This document shows positions 9,058-19,878 of a stretch of 61,701 nt of DNA, piece after piece; the first letter of the stretch is position 1; every line of letters begins with the position of its first letter. The stretch comes from Methanomicrobiales archaeon (GTDB lineage: Archaea; Halobacteriota; Methanomicrobia; Methanomicrobiales; JACTUA01). The notes below the pieces were generated by a model, which was not told the DNA's origin, made no database searches, and saw only the letters and a list, made by a program, of their open reading frames with translations. The translations under genes and the position numbers were made by a program. The stretch lies in assembly GCA_035517575.1 (NCBI GenBank), contig DATIYO010000012.1, positions 1 through 61,701 of the forward strand, given 5' to 3'.

Positions 9058-10365
9058 TTACCTCTTATCCGACTTTTCCGCCCCGCCCGTCCCGCCGACC
9101 TGGACGGTATTCCCCGAAAGGGCGCCGATCTTCTGGCGGAGATCTTCGAGGGATGCCCCGATCCGGGCATCGAGCCCTGCGGCCTCCTCCCTCGCCTGGC
9201 CGAGCCTCTCGACCGTGCCCGCGACCTGCTTCTCCAGCTCCCCGATCTCCTTCTTCAGGGCCCGGCTTTTGAGGAGGGCTGGCCGCGACCCGGCGGCCTC
9301 CCGCGCCGAGGAGATACCGGCCGCGAGCTCACGGTACCTCCGTGAATTCTCCCGGATCTCCCTCGCGAAGAGGCCCGGGACCTCGAGGAGGTCGGTCTCG
9401 GCCCTGCTCTTCAGGGCAAGGTCGCCCGAAGAAGCGAGGGAGGCGAGGACCCCCCGGGCGGAGGCGAGTGCCGCCGCGGCCTCGTCTTCGTCGTCGGTGG
9501 CGGGGGGCAGTTCCCGCTCGAGGAGGGCGACCGCCGCCTGGAGGACCCGGACCGCCTCGCGGTCCCTGTTCCTCGACGCGACTTTCTCCCCCTTCCTGAG
9601 AAGGTGCACCGCCGTGGCGGCCGCGGCATGGTAACCCCGCAGGGCCCCGTCCCGGTCCTCCTCGAGCCTCGCGATCCGGGAGAGCTCCCGTTCGCCGGCC
9701 TGGTACTCCTCGCTCCCCTCGAGATCGGCGAGGGAATGCCTCGCCCCCTCCAGGGACGACCTGTCTCCCGTCTCCCTGGTCTCGAGGGACCGGATCTCCT
9801 GCTCCAGTTCCACCCTCCGCCGCATCGCGGCGAGGTAGGCTGCGTGGGACTCCCGGAGCCCGCCGAGACCCCCGAGACGTTCGCGCGAGCGGGAGATGGC
9901 CGGGGTCAGGGCGTTCAGCTCCCTCCCCACCGTGTCCACCCCGTCCCGCAGGAGCCGCATCTCTTCGGGGAACCGCGTGGCGAGGTACCTCCCCTGGCCC
10001 CGGAAGGCGAGGAGGCACCCCTTCAGGATCTCGCCGGCCGCGGCATAGAACCCCTCGGGGTCCTCGGGCAGCGGGCGGGAGATGCTCGTCCGCATGGCCT
10101 TCACGAAGAGGGGGAGCGAGTGCTCCGTCACCCCCGCGAGCTTCCGGTAGGGGACCTCCCCGTCGGGACCGGTCCCGAACCCGGCGAGGACCCTCTCGAT
10201 CTCCTCCAGGGCGGCGAGCACGGTCGAGCGGGGGCCGGCGACCTTGTCCGAGAGCTCGCTCCTCACCTCCTCCTCCCGGGCCGCGATCCACGGGGGAATA
10301 TCGTCTATCCCGAGGACCTGCGGAGTCTTACCGGTCTTCCCGAGACCCTTCAGGAATCTGAACAA
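9058..10365 (-). CDS. Hypothetical coiled-coil protein (~435 aa)
   Basis: This is track ORF 9058..10548, trimmed because nadM ends at 10386. The only plausible start is TTG 10365 (MFRFLKGLGKTGK...). The sequence is Ala/Glu/Arg/Leu-rich with a heptad-like pattern. I recognised no family. Confidence 0.5.
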   Translation of the reverse strand: MFRFLKGLGKTGKTPQVLGIDDIPPWIAAREEEVRSELSDKVAGPRSTVLAALEEIERVLAGFGTGPDGEVPYRKLAGVTEHSLPLFVKAMRTSISRPLPEDPEGFYAAAGEILKGCLLAFRGQGRYLATRFPEEMRLLRDGVDTVGRELNALTPAISRSRERLGGLGGLRESHAAYLAAMRRRVELEQEIRSLETRETGDRSSLEGARHSLADLEGSEEYQAGERELSRIARLEEDRDGALRGYHAAAATAVHLLRKGEKVASRNRDREAVRVLQAAVALLERELPPATDDEDEAAAALASARGVLASLASSGDLALKSRAETDLLEVPGLFAREIRENSRRYRELAAGISSAREAAGSRPALLKSRALKKEIGELEKQVAGTVERLGQAREEAAGLDARIGASLEDLRQKIGALSGNTVQVGGTGGAEKSDKR

Positions 10366-10385
10366 AAGAGTCCCCCGTGCGCCGG

Positions 10386-11696
<1,311 letters not shown>

Positions 11697-11712
11697 CTAA
11701 TTAGCGTTTGCC

Positions 11713-12033
11713 ATGAGTTACCTCGTCTTCGTCGCCGGGTTCGGCGCCCTCGCCGCCTACCTCCTCTGGTTCCGGGACATGCGGATCTTCCGGCGGACCG
11801 GTCTCCCCGGCTACCGCACGGCCTCCCTCCACGGGATCGCCTACGTCACCCTCGCCCTCATCGGCCTCGACGTCTCCCTCGTCCTGAACGAGTCCCTCGG
11901 CATCGGCCTCATCCTGATCGCCCTCTTCCTCCAGGGGAGGGAGAAGCGGGAGAAGGTCTTCACCCCGCGGGACCCGGCCCTCGACCGGTTCCTCGGGAAG
12001 GCGCCCCGAAGGGAAGATAAGGGGAGAGAATAG
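11713..12033 (+). CDS. Small membrane protein (106 aa)
   Basis: It has three hydrophobic segments (LVFVAGFGALAAYLLWF, IAYVTLALIGL, LGIGLILIALFL) and a basic C-terminal tail. Confidence 0.5.
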   Translation: MSYLVFVAGFGALAAYLLWFRDMRIFRRTGLPGYRTASLHGIAYVTLALIGLDVSLVLNESLGIGLILIALFLQGREKREKVFTPRDPALDRFLGKAPRREDKGRE

Positions 12034-12106
12034 AAGTACCGGTGAGAAGTACCGTGAGAAGTGGCATTTCGCGAGAGATGACACCCGGTCGCCGAGGGTG
12101 ACAGGG

Positions 12107-13339
12107 ATGCTCCAGAGACCGAGGGGAACGAGGGACTTCCTCCCCGACGAGATGGAGAGGAGGCGGGGGGTGGAGGCGGCCCTCCGGGACCGGGTGGCCC
12201 GCTGGGGGTACCGCGAGGTCTGCACGCCGGAGTTCGAGGAGCTCGAGCTCTTCACCCTCCGGTCGGGCGCGGGGATCGTCGGGGAGATCTATGCCTTCGA
12301 GGACAAGGGCGGGAGGCAGATGGCGCTGCGCCCCGAGATCACGGCCCCCGTCCTCCGGATGTTTGTCAACGAGGCGAAGGTCCAGCCGAGGCCCCTCAGG
12401 TGGTTCTACTTTGCCGACTGCTTCCGGTACGAGCGGCCCCAGAAGGGCCGGTACCGGCAGTTCTGGCAGTTCGGGGTCGAGCTCATCGGGGCCGACACCC
12501 CGAGGGCCGACGCCGAGACGATCCTCCTCGCCGATGACCTGCTCCGGGCCGCGGGGGTCCCGTCTGACATCCACGTCGGCCACCTCGCGCCGATGAAGCA
12601 CCTGCTCCGGGACCTCGACCCCGGGGCCCGGGCGAAGGCGATGGCGTTCCTGGACAAGCGGGACTTCGACGGCCTCGGCGGGTTCCTCGGCGGGATCGGG
12701 AAACCGGACCTGGAGGGCCGGCTGAGAGACCTCGCCCATGCCCGGACCCTCGACGAGCTCTTCGCGGTCACCGGCGACATCCCCGAGAAGGAGCGGATCG
12801 AAAAGACGGTCGAGATACTCGATAAGAACGGGCTCGCCTGTACCCTGGACTTCGGGATCGCGAGGGGGCTCGACTACTACACGGGGACGGTCTTCGAGGG
12901 CTTCGCGCCGAACCTGGGCGCCGAGAACCAGGTGCTCGGCGGCGGGGCGTACCGGCTCGCCCACCTCTTCGGGGGCGACGACGTGCCCTCCTGCGGGTTT
13001 GCGCTCGGCTTCGACCGGATCATGGTCTCCCTCGGTGAGAAGCCGCTCACCCGCCCGGTCCGGGTCGCCGTCTGCTCGACCGAGGAGGGCCGGATGAGGG
13101 CCTTCGAGGTCGCGAGGGCCTTCCGCGAGCAGGGGGTCTGCGCCGAGATCGACCTCCTGGACCGGAACCTGGGGGCGCAGATGGCCCACGCGGCGAAGTC
13201 GGCGGACTATGCCGCGATAATCGGGAAGCGGGAGGTCGAGACCGGGACCGTCACCCTGAAAGACCTCAGGAGCGGCGACCAGAAGGCCGTCCCGCTCCCC
13301 GACGCCGTGGCCGAGGTGGCGGCCCGTGTCCCTCGCTGA
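12107..13339 (+). CDS. hisS: Histidyl-tRNA synthetase
   Basis: This is track ORF 12098..13339, which starts at GTG. ATG 12107 gives MLQRPRGTRDFLPDE. Class II motifs are MALRPEITAP, FRYERPQKGRYRQFWQ and GGGAYRL. An anticodon-binding C-terminal domain is present. Confidence 0.9.
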   Translation: MLQRPRGTRDFLPDEMERRRGVEAALRDRVARWGYREVCTPEFEELELFTLRSGAGIVGEIYAFEDKGGRQMALRPEITAPVLRMFVNEAKVQPRPLRWFYFADCFRYERPQKGRYRQFWQFGVELIGADTPRADAETILLADDLLRAAGVPSDIHVGHLAPMKHLLRDLDPGARAKAMAFLDKRDFDGLGGFLGGIGKPDLEGRLRDLAHARTLDELFAVTGDIPEKERIEKTVEILDKNGLACTLDFGIARGLDYYTGTVFEGFAPNLGAENQVLGGGAYRLAHLFGGDDVPSCGFALGFDRIMVSLGEKPLTRPVRVAVCSTEEGRMRAFEVARAFREQGVCAEIDLLDRNLGAQMAHAAKSADYAAIIGKREVETGTVTLKDLRSGDQKAVPLPDAVAEVAARVPR

Positions 13340-15128
13340 GGAGCTCGCCCGGAAGCAGCGGGCGATCTCCATCGCCGAGTTTTTCGAGAAGAACAAGCAC
13401 CTCCTCGGCTTCGACTCCCCGACGAGGGGGATCATCACCACGGTGAAGGAGGCGGTGGACAACGCGCTCGACGCCTGCGAGGAGGCCCAGGTCCTCCCCG
13501 ACATCCTGGTCGTGGTGAAGCGGGTCTCGGAGGAGGTCTTCCGGGTGACGGTCGAGGACAACGGCCCGGGCATCGTCCCCGAGCAGGTCCCCTTCGTCTT
13601 CGGGAAGCTCCTCTATGGCTCGCGGTTCCACCAGATCAAGCAGAGCCGCGGGCAGCAGGGGATCGGGATCTCGGCCGCCGTCCTCTATGCCCAGCTCACG
13701 ACGGGTGTCCCGTCCCTCGTCATCTCCCGGACCGATGCGAAGAAGCCCGCGAACCGGTTCGAGCTCGCGATCAAAATCGAGTCGAACGAGCCGGAGATCG
13801 TGTCGCAGGGGGAGGTCGACTGGGACCGGACCCACGGGACGAGGGTCGAGATCGAGCTCCGCGCCACCCTCGCGGCAAAGAAGCGGCTCGTCGACTACCT
13901 GAAGTACACCTCCGTCGTGAACCCCCATGCGAGGATCCGGGCCGAGATCGACGGGGAGGTCTCGACCTTCGACCGGGTGAGCCACGACCCCATCCCGCTC
14001 CCCTGCCCCATCCAGCCCCACCCCCATGGCATCGAGATAGGGCTCCTCAAGCGGATGGCCGGCGAGAGCCCCCTCACCCTGGACCGGTTCCTCGTCGAGT
14101 CCTTCAGCCGGGTCGGGAAGAAGGCGGCGGACGAGATCGCGAAGCAGGCGGGGCTCGCGGGCGGGAAGAAGGCGAAGTCCCTCACGAACGACGAGCTGAA
14201 GGCCCTCCTCGCCGCCATGCAGGCGGTCCCGATCCCCGCGCCCCCGACCACCCAGTGCCTCTCGCCCATCGGCGAGGAGCTCATCAGGAAGAGCCTGGAC
14301 AAGGAGTTCCAGCTCGACTTCGTGAAGGCGAAGACCCGGCCCCCGTCGGTGTACAGCGGCCACCCCTTCGTCGTCGAGGCGGCCATCGGGTACGGCGGGA
14401 GGCTCGCCTCCGAGGAGAAATCCGTGATCCTCCGGTTCGCGAACCGGGTCCCGCTCATGTACCAGCAGGGGGCCTGCGCCATCACCTCGGCGATAGCCGG
14501 CGTGAACTGGCGGAACTACGGCATCTCCCAGGACGGCCTCCCCGTCGGGCCGGCCCTCATCCTCGTCCATGTCGCGAGCACGAACGTCCCCTTCACGAGC
14601 GAGTCGAAGGACGCCGTCGCGGCCATCCCCGAGATCGAGAAGGAGATCGACCTCGCGCTCAAGGACCTGGGCCGGGAGCTGAAGACCTTCCTCTCGAGGA
14701 GGGACCGGCACCGGCTCCAGGAGGACCGGGCCCGGGCGCTCTGCGCCATCATCCCCGAGATCGCGGCGAAGGTCGCCGAGGTCATCGAGAAACCGGTCCC
14801 CGACACCACCCCCATCGAGGGGCAGATCATGCACCGGCTCGTGGCGAAGAAGTGGACCACCGGCGGCATGGTGCGGATCGCGGTGCGGAACTACACCGAT
14901 AAGGAAGTGTCGCCGACCATCTACGACACCTCACCCGATCCGGCGCCCGACGCCGATCCGAAGCCCGGCTACACCCACGCCGTCGGGGAGGACCACACCC
15001 GGGTCTGGAAGGTCACCCTCGCGCCGGGCGAGGGCTTCGAGGCGAAGTACACGGGCTCGGGCGGCGGGACGCTCGACCTGCAGGGGGTCGAGGAGAAGGT
15101 GAAGCTGGTGGTGGACCTCGATGTCTAA
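13326..15128 (+). CDS. top6B: DNA topoisomerase VI subunit B
   Basis: The GTG start overlaps hisS by 14 nt. The GHKL (Bergerat-fold) ATPase motifs are [11 protein letters not shown] and VEDNGPGI...[20 protein letters not shown]. The protein is 600 aa. Confidence 0.9.
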   Translation: MSLAEELARKQRAISIAEFFEKNKHLLGFDSPTRGIITTVKEAVDNALDACEEAQVLPDILVVVKRVSEEVFRVTVEDNGPGIVPEQVPFVFGKLLYGSRFHQIKQSRGQQGIGISAAVLYAQLTTGVPSLVISRTDAKKPANRFELAIKIESNEPEIVSQGEVDWDRTHGTRVEIELRATLAAKKRLVDYLKYTSVVNPHARIRAEIDGEVSTFDRVSHDPIPLPCPIQPHPHGIEIGLLKRMAGESPLTLDRFLVESFSRVGKKAADEIAKQAGLAGGKKAKSLTNDELKALLAAMQAVPIPAPPTTQCLSPIGEELIRKSLDKEFQLDFVKAKTRPPSVYSGHPFVVEAAIGYGGRLASEEKSVILRFANRVPLMYQQGACAITSAIAGVNWRNYGISQDGLPVGPALILVHVASTNVPFTSESKDAVAAIPEIEKEIDLALKDLGRELKTFLSRRDRHRLQEDRARALCAIIPEIAAKVAEVIEKPVPDTTPIEGQIMHRLVAKKWTTGGMVRIAVRNYTDKEVSPTIYDTSPDPAPDADPKPGYTHAVGEDHTRVWKVTLAPGEGFEAKYTGSGGGTLDLQGVEEKVKLVVDLDV

Positions 15129-16209
15129 GGAGGAGTTCGACAGGCTCGCGAGGACGAAGCTCCTCGCGATCGCCCTCGAGTGGTACAACGAGATGCAGGG
15201 CGGGGAGATCCCCTACATCCGGCTCCCGACGAGGACGAAGGCGAACATCGAGTACGACAGCGGGAGCGAGGTCTGGAAGTACGGCGACCGGGAGAGCCTC
15301 AGGGCGGCGACCTCGGAGAAGGGCGCCCTCCACCTCCTGAAGATGGCCTACGTCATCGGGTTCATCAAGCAGCAGCTCGCCGAGAACCGGTCCTCGACCC
15401 TGAGAGAGCTCTACTACATCTCCGAGGGCTGGAAGCGGGCGAAGTTCGGGGCCCAGGACGAGAGCAACCTCCTCATCGAGGACCTGGAGATCGTCACCGA
15501 CCTCCAGCGCGAGGCCTTCCACCTCCGGCCCGAGGAGGACGGCGCGACGGTCTTCGGCCCCCTCCGGATCCGGGAGAAGACCCGGCGCGGGGTCCGGGAG
15601 ATCCACTGCCGCGACGACGTCGGCGAGGCGGGGTACCAGATCCCGAACGACGTGGAGACCGTCGAGTTCCTGGAGCATGACGCGAAGTTCGTGATAGCCC
15701 TCGAGACGGGCGGCATGTACGCCCGGCTCATCGAGAACGGCTTCGACGAGGAGCACCGGGCGATCGTCGTCCACCTGAAGGGGCAGCCGGCCCGCTCGAC
15801 GAGGCGCGTCCTCCACCGGCTGAACGAGCAGTTCGGCCTCCCCGTCACCGTCTTCACCGATGGCGACCCCTGGTCGTACCGGATCTTCGCCTCGGTCGCC
15901 TACGGGGCCATCAAGAGCGCCCACATCTCCGAGCTCCTCGCGACCCCGAGGGCCCAGTTCATCGGCGTCCAGCCCTCGGACATCCGGGACTATAACCTCC
16001 CCTCGGACAGTCTCTCGGACAAGGACGTGGACGCCCTCAAGGCGGAACTCTCCGACCCGCGGTTCGACAGCGAATACTGGAAGAGACAGATCAACCTCCA
16101 GCTCGAGATGAAGCTCAAGTCCGAACAGCAGGCCTTCGCGGCCCGCGGGCTCGGGTTCGTGACAAAGGAGTACCTCCCCGCCCGCCTCTCGGAGATGGGC
16201 GTCATCTGA
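15121..16209 (+). CDS. top6A: DNA topoisomerase VI subunit A (Spo11 family)
   Basis: It overlaps top6B by 8 nt. [11 protein letters not shown] is present, and the Toprim region reads [10 protein letters not shown]...[12 protein letters not shown]. Confidence 0.9.
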   Translation: MSKEEFDRLARTKLLAIALEWYNEMQGGEIPYIRLPTRTKANIEYDSGSEVWKYGDRESLRAATSEKGALHLLKMAYVIGFIKQQLAENRSSTLRELYYISEGWKRAKFGAQDESNLLIEDLEIVTDLQREAFHLRPEEDGATVFGPLRIREKTRRGVREIHCRDDVGEAGYQIPNDVETVEFLEHDAKFVIALETGGMYARLIENGFDEEHRAIVVHLKGQPARSTRRVLHRLNEQFGLPVTVFTDGDPWSYRIFASVAYGAIKSAHISELLATPRAQFIGVQPSDIRDYNLPSDSLSDKDVDALKAELSDPRFDSEYWKRQINLQLEMKLKSEQQAFAARGLGFVTKEYLPARLSEMGVI

Positions 16210-16216
16210 GGGCCAC

Positions 16217-17629
16217 ATGATCGGCGTGGAGTACCCCGACACGTATGCCGTGGAGGAGACCTTCCAGCTCCTCAAGGTGCCCTGGGAGTGGTACGACAGC
16301 GGGAAGCAGTACGAGGCCGTCATCAGGCTTTCGAAAGGCCAGGGTGACGCCGCTGCCGCGGGCACCGACCTCGATATCTCCGGTGAAGACCCGTTCAGGA
16401 AGGTCGCGGATACCCTGGACGAGGGACTCCCGCGGAACCGCGAACCGGTGGTCGAGCAGGTCATCGACCGGCTGAGATCCCGGCTGGTGCAGCGGGCCGT
16501 CCTCCCCGAGATCCCGCCGGTCCCCTGGGGGCACCCGTACATCCTGGCCCTCACCCACGACGTGGACGTCCTCTCGGTCAGGGAGAGGCGCTGGCTCTCG
16601 GTGCTCGCCGCGATCTACGACTGCGTCTCGCGGGGTGCCATCGGGGACGCGGCGAGGATCTTCGGCGCGAAGCTGGGCATCGGCAAGGATCCCTGGAACC
16701 TTATCGAAGAATGGATGCGGTTCGAGGAGGAACTGGGGGTCCGGTCCACCTTCTTCTTCCTCCCCTTCAGGGATTCGCCCGGATCAGACGCCCCGCCCAT
16801 CCGTGCGGGGCACTACTCGCCCGATCCACGCACGCTGAGATCCCTCGCCGACGGGGGCTGGGAGGTCGGGGTCCACGGTATCGACAACTGGAAGGATGCC
16901 GGCCGGGGTGCGGTGGAGAGAAAGGCCATCTCGGACCTCGGCATCGACGTGGCCGGCACCCGGGTCCACTGGCTCCTCTTCGGCCGCGAAAGCTGGGCAG
17001 CCCTCGATGAGGCGGGGTACGGCTATGACACGACCTTCGGGTACAACGAGGACATCGGCTTCCGGGCAGGCACTCTCCAGGCGTTCCGGCCCCGCGGCGC
17101 CGGACATCTCCTCGAGCTCCCGCTCCACATCCAGGACCTCGCCCTCTTCGGCAGGTCCTGCTGGGCACCGGGTGCCGGCGGGAGATGGTCGAGGGTCCCC
17201 TGCCTCGGGCTGGGGGAGGAGGGGGCCCTCGCCGCCTGCGACGGGATCCTCGCGGCGGCCAGGCGGTACGGCGGGGCCGTGACCCTCCTCTGGCACCACG
17301 AGAGCCTCGGGCCGCCGCGGAGATGGGCCGCCCCGTACGCAACTCTCGTGCAGAGGGCGAAGGCCGACGGCGCGTGGATCGCGCGGGCGGCGGACGCGGT
17401 CGGTTGGTTCCGGATGAGGAGGGAGGTGCGAATAGAGGTCGGGCGAACCGGCAGGACCATCAGGATCAGGCTCGAGGGGCTCGGGGCGGGGCAGGGAATC
17501 CCTCCCCTGCGGCTGCGCCTCCACCTGGGGAAGGAGCAGGTCCGCTCCGTGAACGAGGAGTGGGTGGCCGGCGACGGGTTCGCGGACATCCGGTGCGGCA
17601 GGGAGGACGTACAGGTGGAGCTCGCATGA
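16217..17629 (+). CDS. Polysaccharide-deacetylase-like (CE4-type) protein with an N-terminal extension
   Basis: 470 aa. Motifs are ILALTHDVDVL, STFFFLP, GWEVGVHGIDNW and RVHWLLF. It starts 7 nt after top6A and its stop overlaps the ATP-grasp start. Confidence 0.5.
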   Translation: MIGVEYPDTYAVEETFQLLKVPWEWYDSGKQYEAVIRLSKGQGDAAAAGTDLDISGEDPFRKVADTLDEGLPRNREPVVEQVIDRLRSRLVQRAVLPEIPPVPWGHPYILALTHDVDVLSVRERRWLSVLAAIYDCVSRGAIGDAARIFGAKLGIGKDPWNLIEEWMRFEEELGVRSTFFFLPFRDSPGSDAPPIRAGHYSPDPRTLRSLADGGWEVGVHGIDNWKDAGRGAVERKAISDLGIDVAGTRVHWLLFGRESWAALDEAGYGYDTTFGYNEDIGFRAGTLQAFRPRGAGHLLELPLHIQDLALFGRSCWAPGAGGRWSRVPCLGLGEEGALAACDGILAAARRYGGAVTLLWHHESLGPPRRWAAPYATLVQRAKADGAWIARAADAVGWFRMRREVRIEVGRTGRTIRIRLEGLGAGQGIPPLRLRLHLGKEQVRSVNEEWVAGDGFADIRCGREDVQVELA

Positions 17630-18777
17630 AGGTCCTGCTCACCGACGGAAACTTCAAGCACACCCTCGCCGCCGTGCGGTCCCTCGGGCGGGAGGGGGCG
17701 GAGGTCTCGGTCCTCTCCCACCTGAGGTCGAGCGTGAGCTTCTTCTCCCGGTATTGCGGGGAGCGGATCATCGCGCCCGATCCCGAGCGCGATCCCGGTT
17801 TCGCGGCCTTCGTCAGGGAGCTGACGGCGAGGTCGCACTACGACGTCCTCGTCCCCGTGAGCCTGGCATCCGTCCTGCAGCTCTCCCGCACGAGGGCGGA
17901 TCTCGAAGGCCGGGTCAGGATCCCCTTCGCTCCCCAGCCGTCGATCGAGATCGCCGCGAGCAAGGACCGGACCATCCGGTTCGCCGAATCCCTCGGTGTC
18001 CCGGTCCCGCAGACCTTTTACCCGAAGGACGAAGACGAGGCCAGGGAGGCCGGAAAGGCTATCGGCTACCCGGCCGTGGTGAAGGGGTCATCCTCATCGG
18101 CCTTCGTCCGGTACGTGAACACCCCCGACGAGCTCGTGGAGTACTACCGCCGGTTCAGGGAGGACTCCCCCGTGATCCAGGAGTACATCCGCGGCCAGGG
18201 GTACGGGTTCTTCGCCCTCTATAACCGGGGCGAGGCGAGGGCGGTGTTCATGCACCGCCGGCTCCGCGAGTACCCGGTCACCGGCGGCCCGAGCAGCCTC
18301 GCCGAGAGCGTCGCCGACGACGGGCTCCGCTCCGCCGGGACGAGGCTCCTCGACGCCCTCGGCTGGCACGGCCTCGCCATGGCTGAGTTCAAGAGGGACG
18401 AGCGGACGGGGAAGTTCGTCCTCATGGAGCTGAACCCGAAGCTCTGGGGCTCCCTGGAGCTCGCCATCGCCGCCGGCGTCGACTTCCCCTGCCTGGCCTG
18501 CCGGATGGCGGTGGACGGGGACGTTCCCCCGGTCTTCTCCTACCGGACGGGGGTGAGGTTCCGCTGGCCCCTCCCCCTCGACCTCTTCCATGCCGTCACG
18601 AACCCGCGGGCGATCCCGCGGTTCATCGCCGATTCCGCCGACCGGTCCATCGGGTCAGACCTCGATTACCGCGACCCGCTCCCGAACCTCGTGCAGCTCG
18701 GCATGACGGTCGCCGAGGCGGGCATCCGGATCAAAGAGGGCCGGTTCTGGCGACCCCACGGGGTCCCCCGCTCCTGA
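17626..18777 (+). CDS. ATP-grasp domain protein
   Basis: This is the tail of track ORF 17185..18777, starting at ATG 17626 (ATGA overlap). The sequence reads MKVLLTDGNFKHTLAAVRSLG...GYPAVVKGSSSS...VIQEYIRGQGYGFFALY...LAMAEFKRD...FVLMELNPKLWGSLELA. Confidence 0.75.
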   Translation: MKVLLTDGNFKHTLAAVRSLGREGAEVSVLSHLRSSVSFFSRYCGERIIAPDPERDPGFAAFVRELTARSHYDVLVPVSLASVLQLSRTRADLEGRVRIPFAPQPSIEIAASKDRTIRFAESLGVPVPQTFYPKDEDEAREAGKAIGYPAVVKGSSSSAFVRYVNTPDELVEYYRRFREDSPVIQEYIRGQGYGFFALYNRGEARAVFMHRRLREYPVTGGPSSLAESVADDGLRSAGTRLLDALGWHGLAMAEFKRDERTGKFVLMELNPKLWGSLELAIAAGVDFPCLACRMAVDGDVPPVFSYRTGVRFRWPLPLDLFHAVTNPRAIPRFIADSADRSIGSDLDYRDPLPNLVQLGMTVAEAGIRIKEGRFWRPHGVPRS

Positions 18778-18793
18778 CCAGCCGGGCCCCCGC

Positions 18794-18818
18794 AGACCGA
18801 TGCCCGGTCTCCTTTTTT
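18794..18818 (+). terminator. Hairpin plus T6 tract downstream of the ATP-grasp gene
   Basis: AGACCG-atgcc-CGGTCT (18794-18810) is followed by ccTTTTTT (18813-18818). Confidence 0.4.
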
Positions 18819-18842
18819 AGCCTTCGGCGTCAATGATTGGTA

Positions 18843-19877
18843 ATGGATCCCTACACCCTCGGGGTCTTCTCGAACGCCTACCCGGCGAGCGGGAAGGACT
18901 CGAGCGGCGTCCACATAAGGAGGATGGTGGACCGGCTCAGGGAGAAGGGCGTGGAGGTCAGGCTCGCGGTGAAGACCTCTCGGTCCGTCCTCGGGTACCT
19001 CCCCTTCTTTTCCGCGAGCGTCCGCCTCGCCCGGGACCCCTCGGTTGAGATCCTCCAGGCCCATTACATCCCCCACTCGGGCCTCGTCCCCTTGCTCCTC
19101 AAGGGGAAGAGGCCCCTCGTCATCAAGTTCCACGGCGACGACGGGCGGATCTTCCCCTTCAAAAACCCCCTCAACCGGGCCGTCACCCGGTCGATGATCC
19201 GGCGAGCCGACTTCGTCCTCACCGTGAGCGAGGAGATCCGGCGCCTGATCGTCTCCCTCGGTGCGGACGAGGGGCGGACCGCGGCCATCAGCAGCGGGGT
19301 GCACACGGGGAAATACGTACCCATGGACCGCGACGCCTGCCGGGCGAAGTGGGGCCTTCCCGCCGACCGGCCGGTCGCCCTCTTCATCGGGAGGCTCCAT
19401 CCCTGGAAGGGGGTGAGCGAGATCCTGCGGGCCGCCGCCGACCATCCCGGCTGCACCTTTGTCCTCGCCGGGCCGGGGCAGGTGCCGGATCACCCGCCGA
19501 ACTGCCGGTTCACCGGGATGATAGAGCCCGATTCCGTGGTCTCGCTCATCAATGCCGCCGACGTCGGGATCCTGCCCTCCTACACCGAGGGGATCTCCAA
19601 CTTCCTCATGGAGTGCCTCTCCTGCGCCGTCCCCGTCATCGCGACCGGCGTGGGCGGCACCCCGGAGCTCGTGGAGGACGGGAAGACCGGGATCCTGATC
19701 CGCCCCCGTGACGCGGGAGCTCTCTCGGCGGCGCTCGGGAGGCTGCTGGACAGCCCCGCGGAACGTGCCCGAATGGGGAGGGACGGGAGGGAGGACATGA
19801 TCCGGCGGTATGACGAGGGAATGCTCGTCGACCGCATGATCGGCATCCACCGGAGCCTGCTGGAGGGGGGGCGGTAG
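18843..19877 (+). CDS. Glycosyltransferase, GT4 family (GT-B)
   Basis: This is track ORF 18837..19877, which starts at TTG. ATG 18843 gives MDPYTLGVFSN. The C-terminal region reads GRLHPWKG...ILPSYTEGISNFLMECLSCAVPVIATGVGGTPELVEDGKTGIL. Confidence 0.8.
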   Translation: MDPYTLGVFSNAYPASGKDSSGVHIRRMVDRLREKGVEVRLAVKTSRSVLGYLPFFSASVRLARDPSVEILQAHYIPHSGLVPLLLKGKRPLVIKFHGDDGRIFPFKNPLNRAVTRSMIRRADFVLTVSEEIRRLIVSLGADEGRTAAISSGVHTGKYVPMDRDACRAKWGLPADRPVALFIGRLHPWKGVSEILRAAADHPGCTFVLAGPGQVPDHPPNCRFTGMIEPDSVVSLINAADVGILPSYTEGISNFLMECLSCAVPVIATGVGGTPELVEDGKTGILIRPRDAGALSAALGRLLDSPAERARMGRDGREDMIRRYDEGMLVDRMIGIHRSLLEGGR

Positions 19878-19878
19878 G

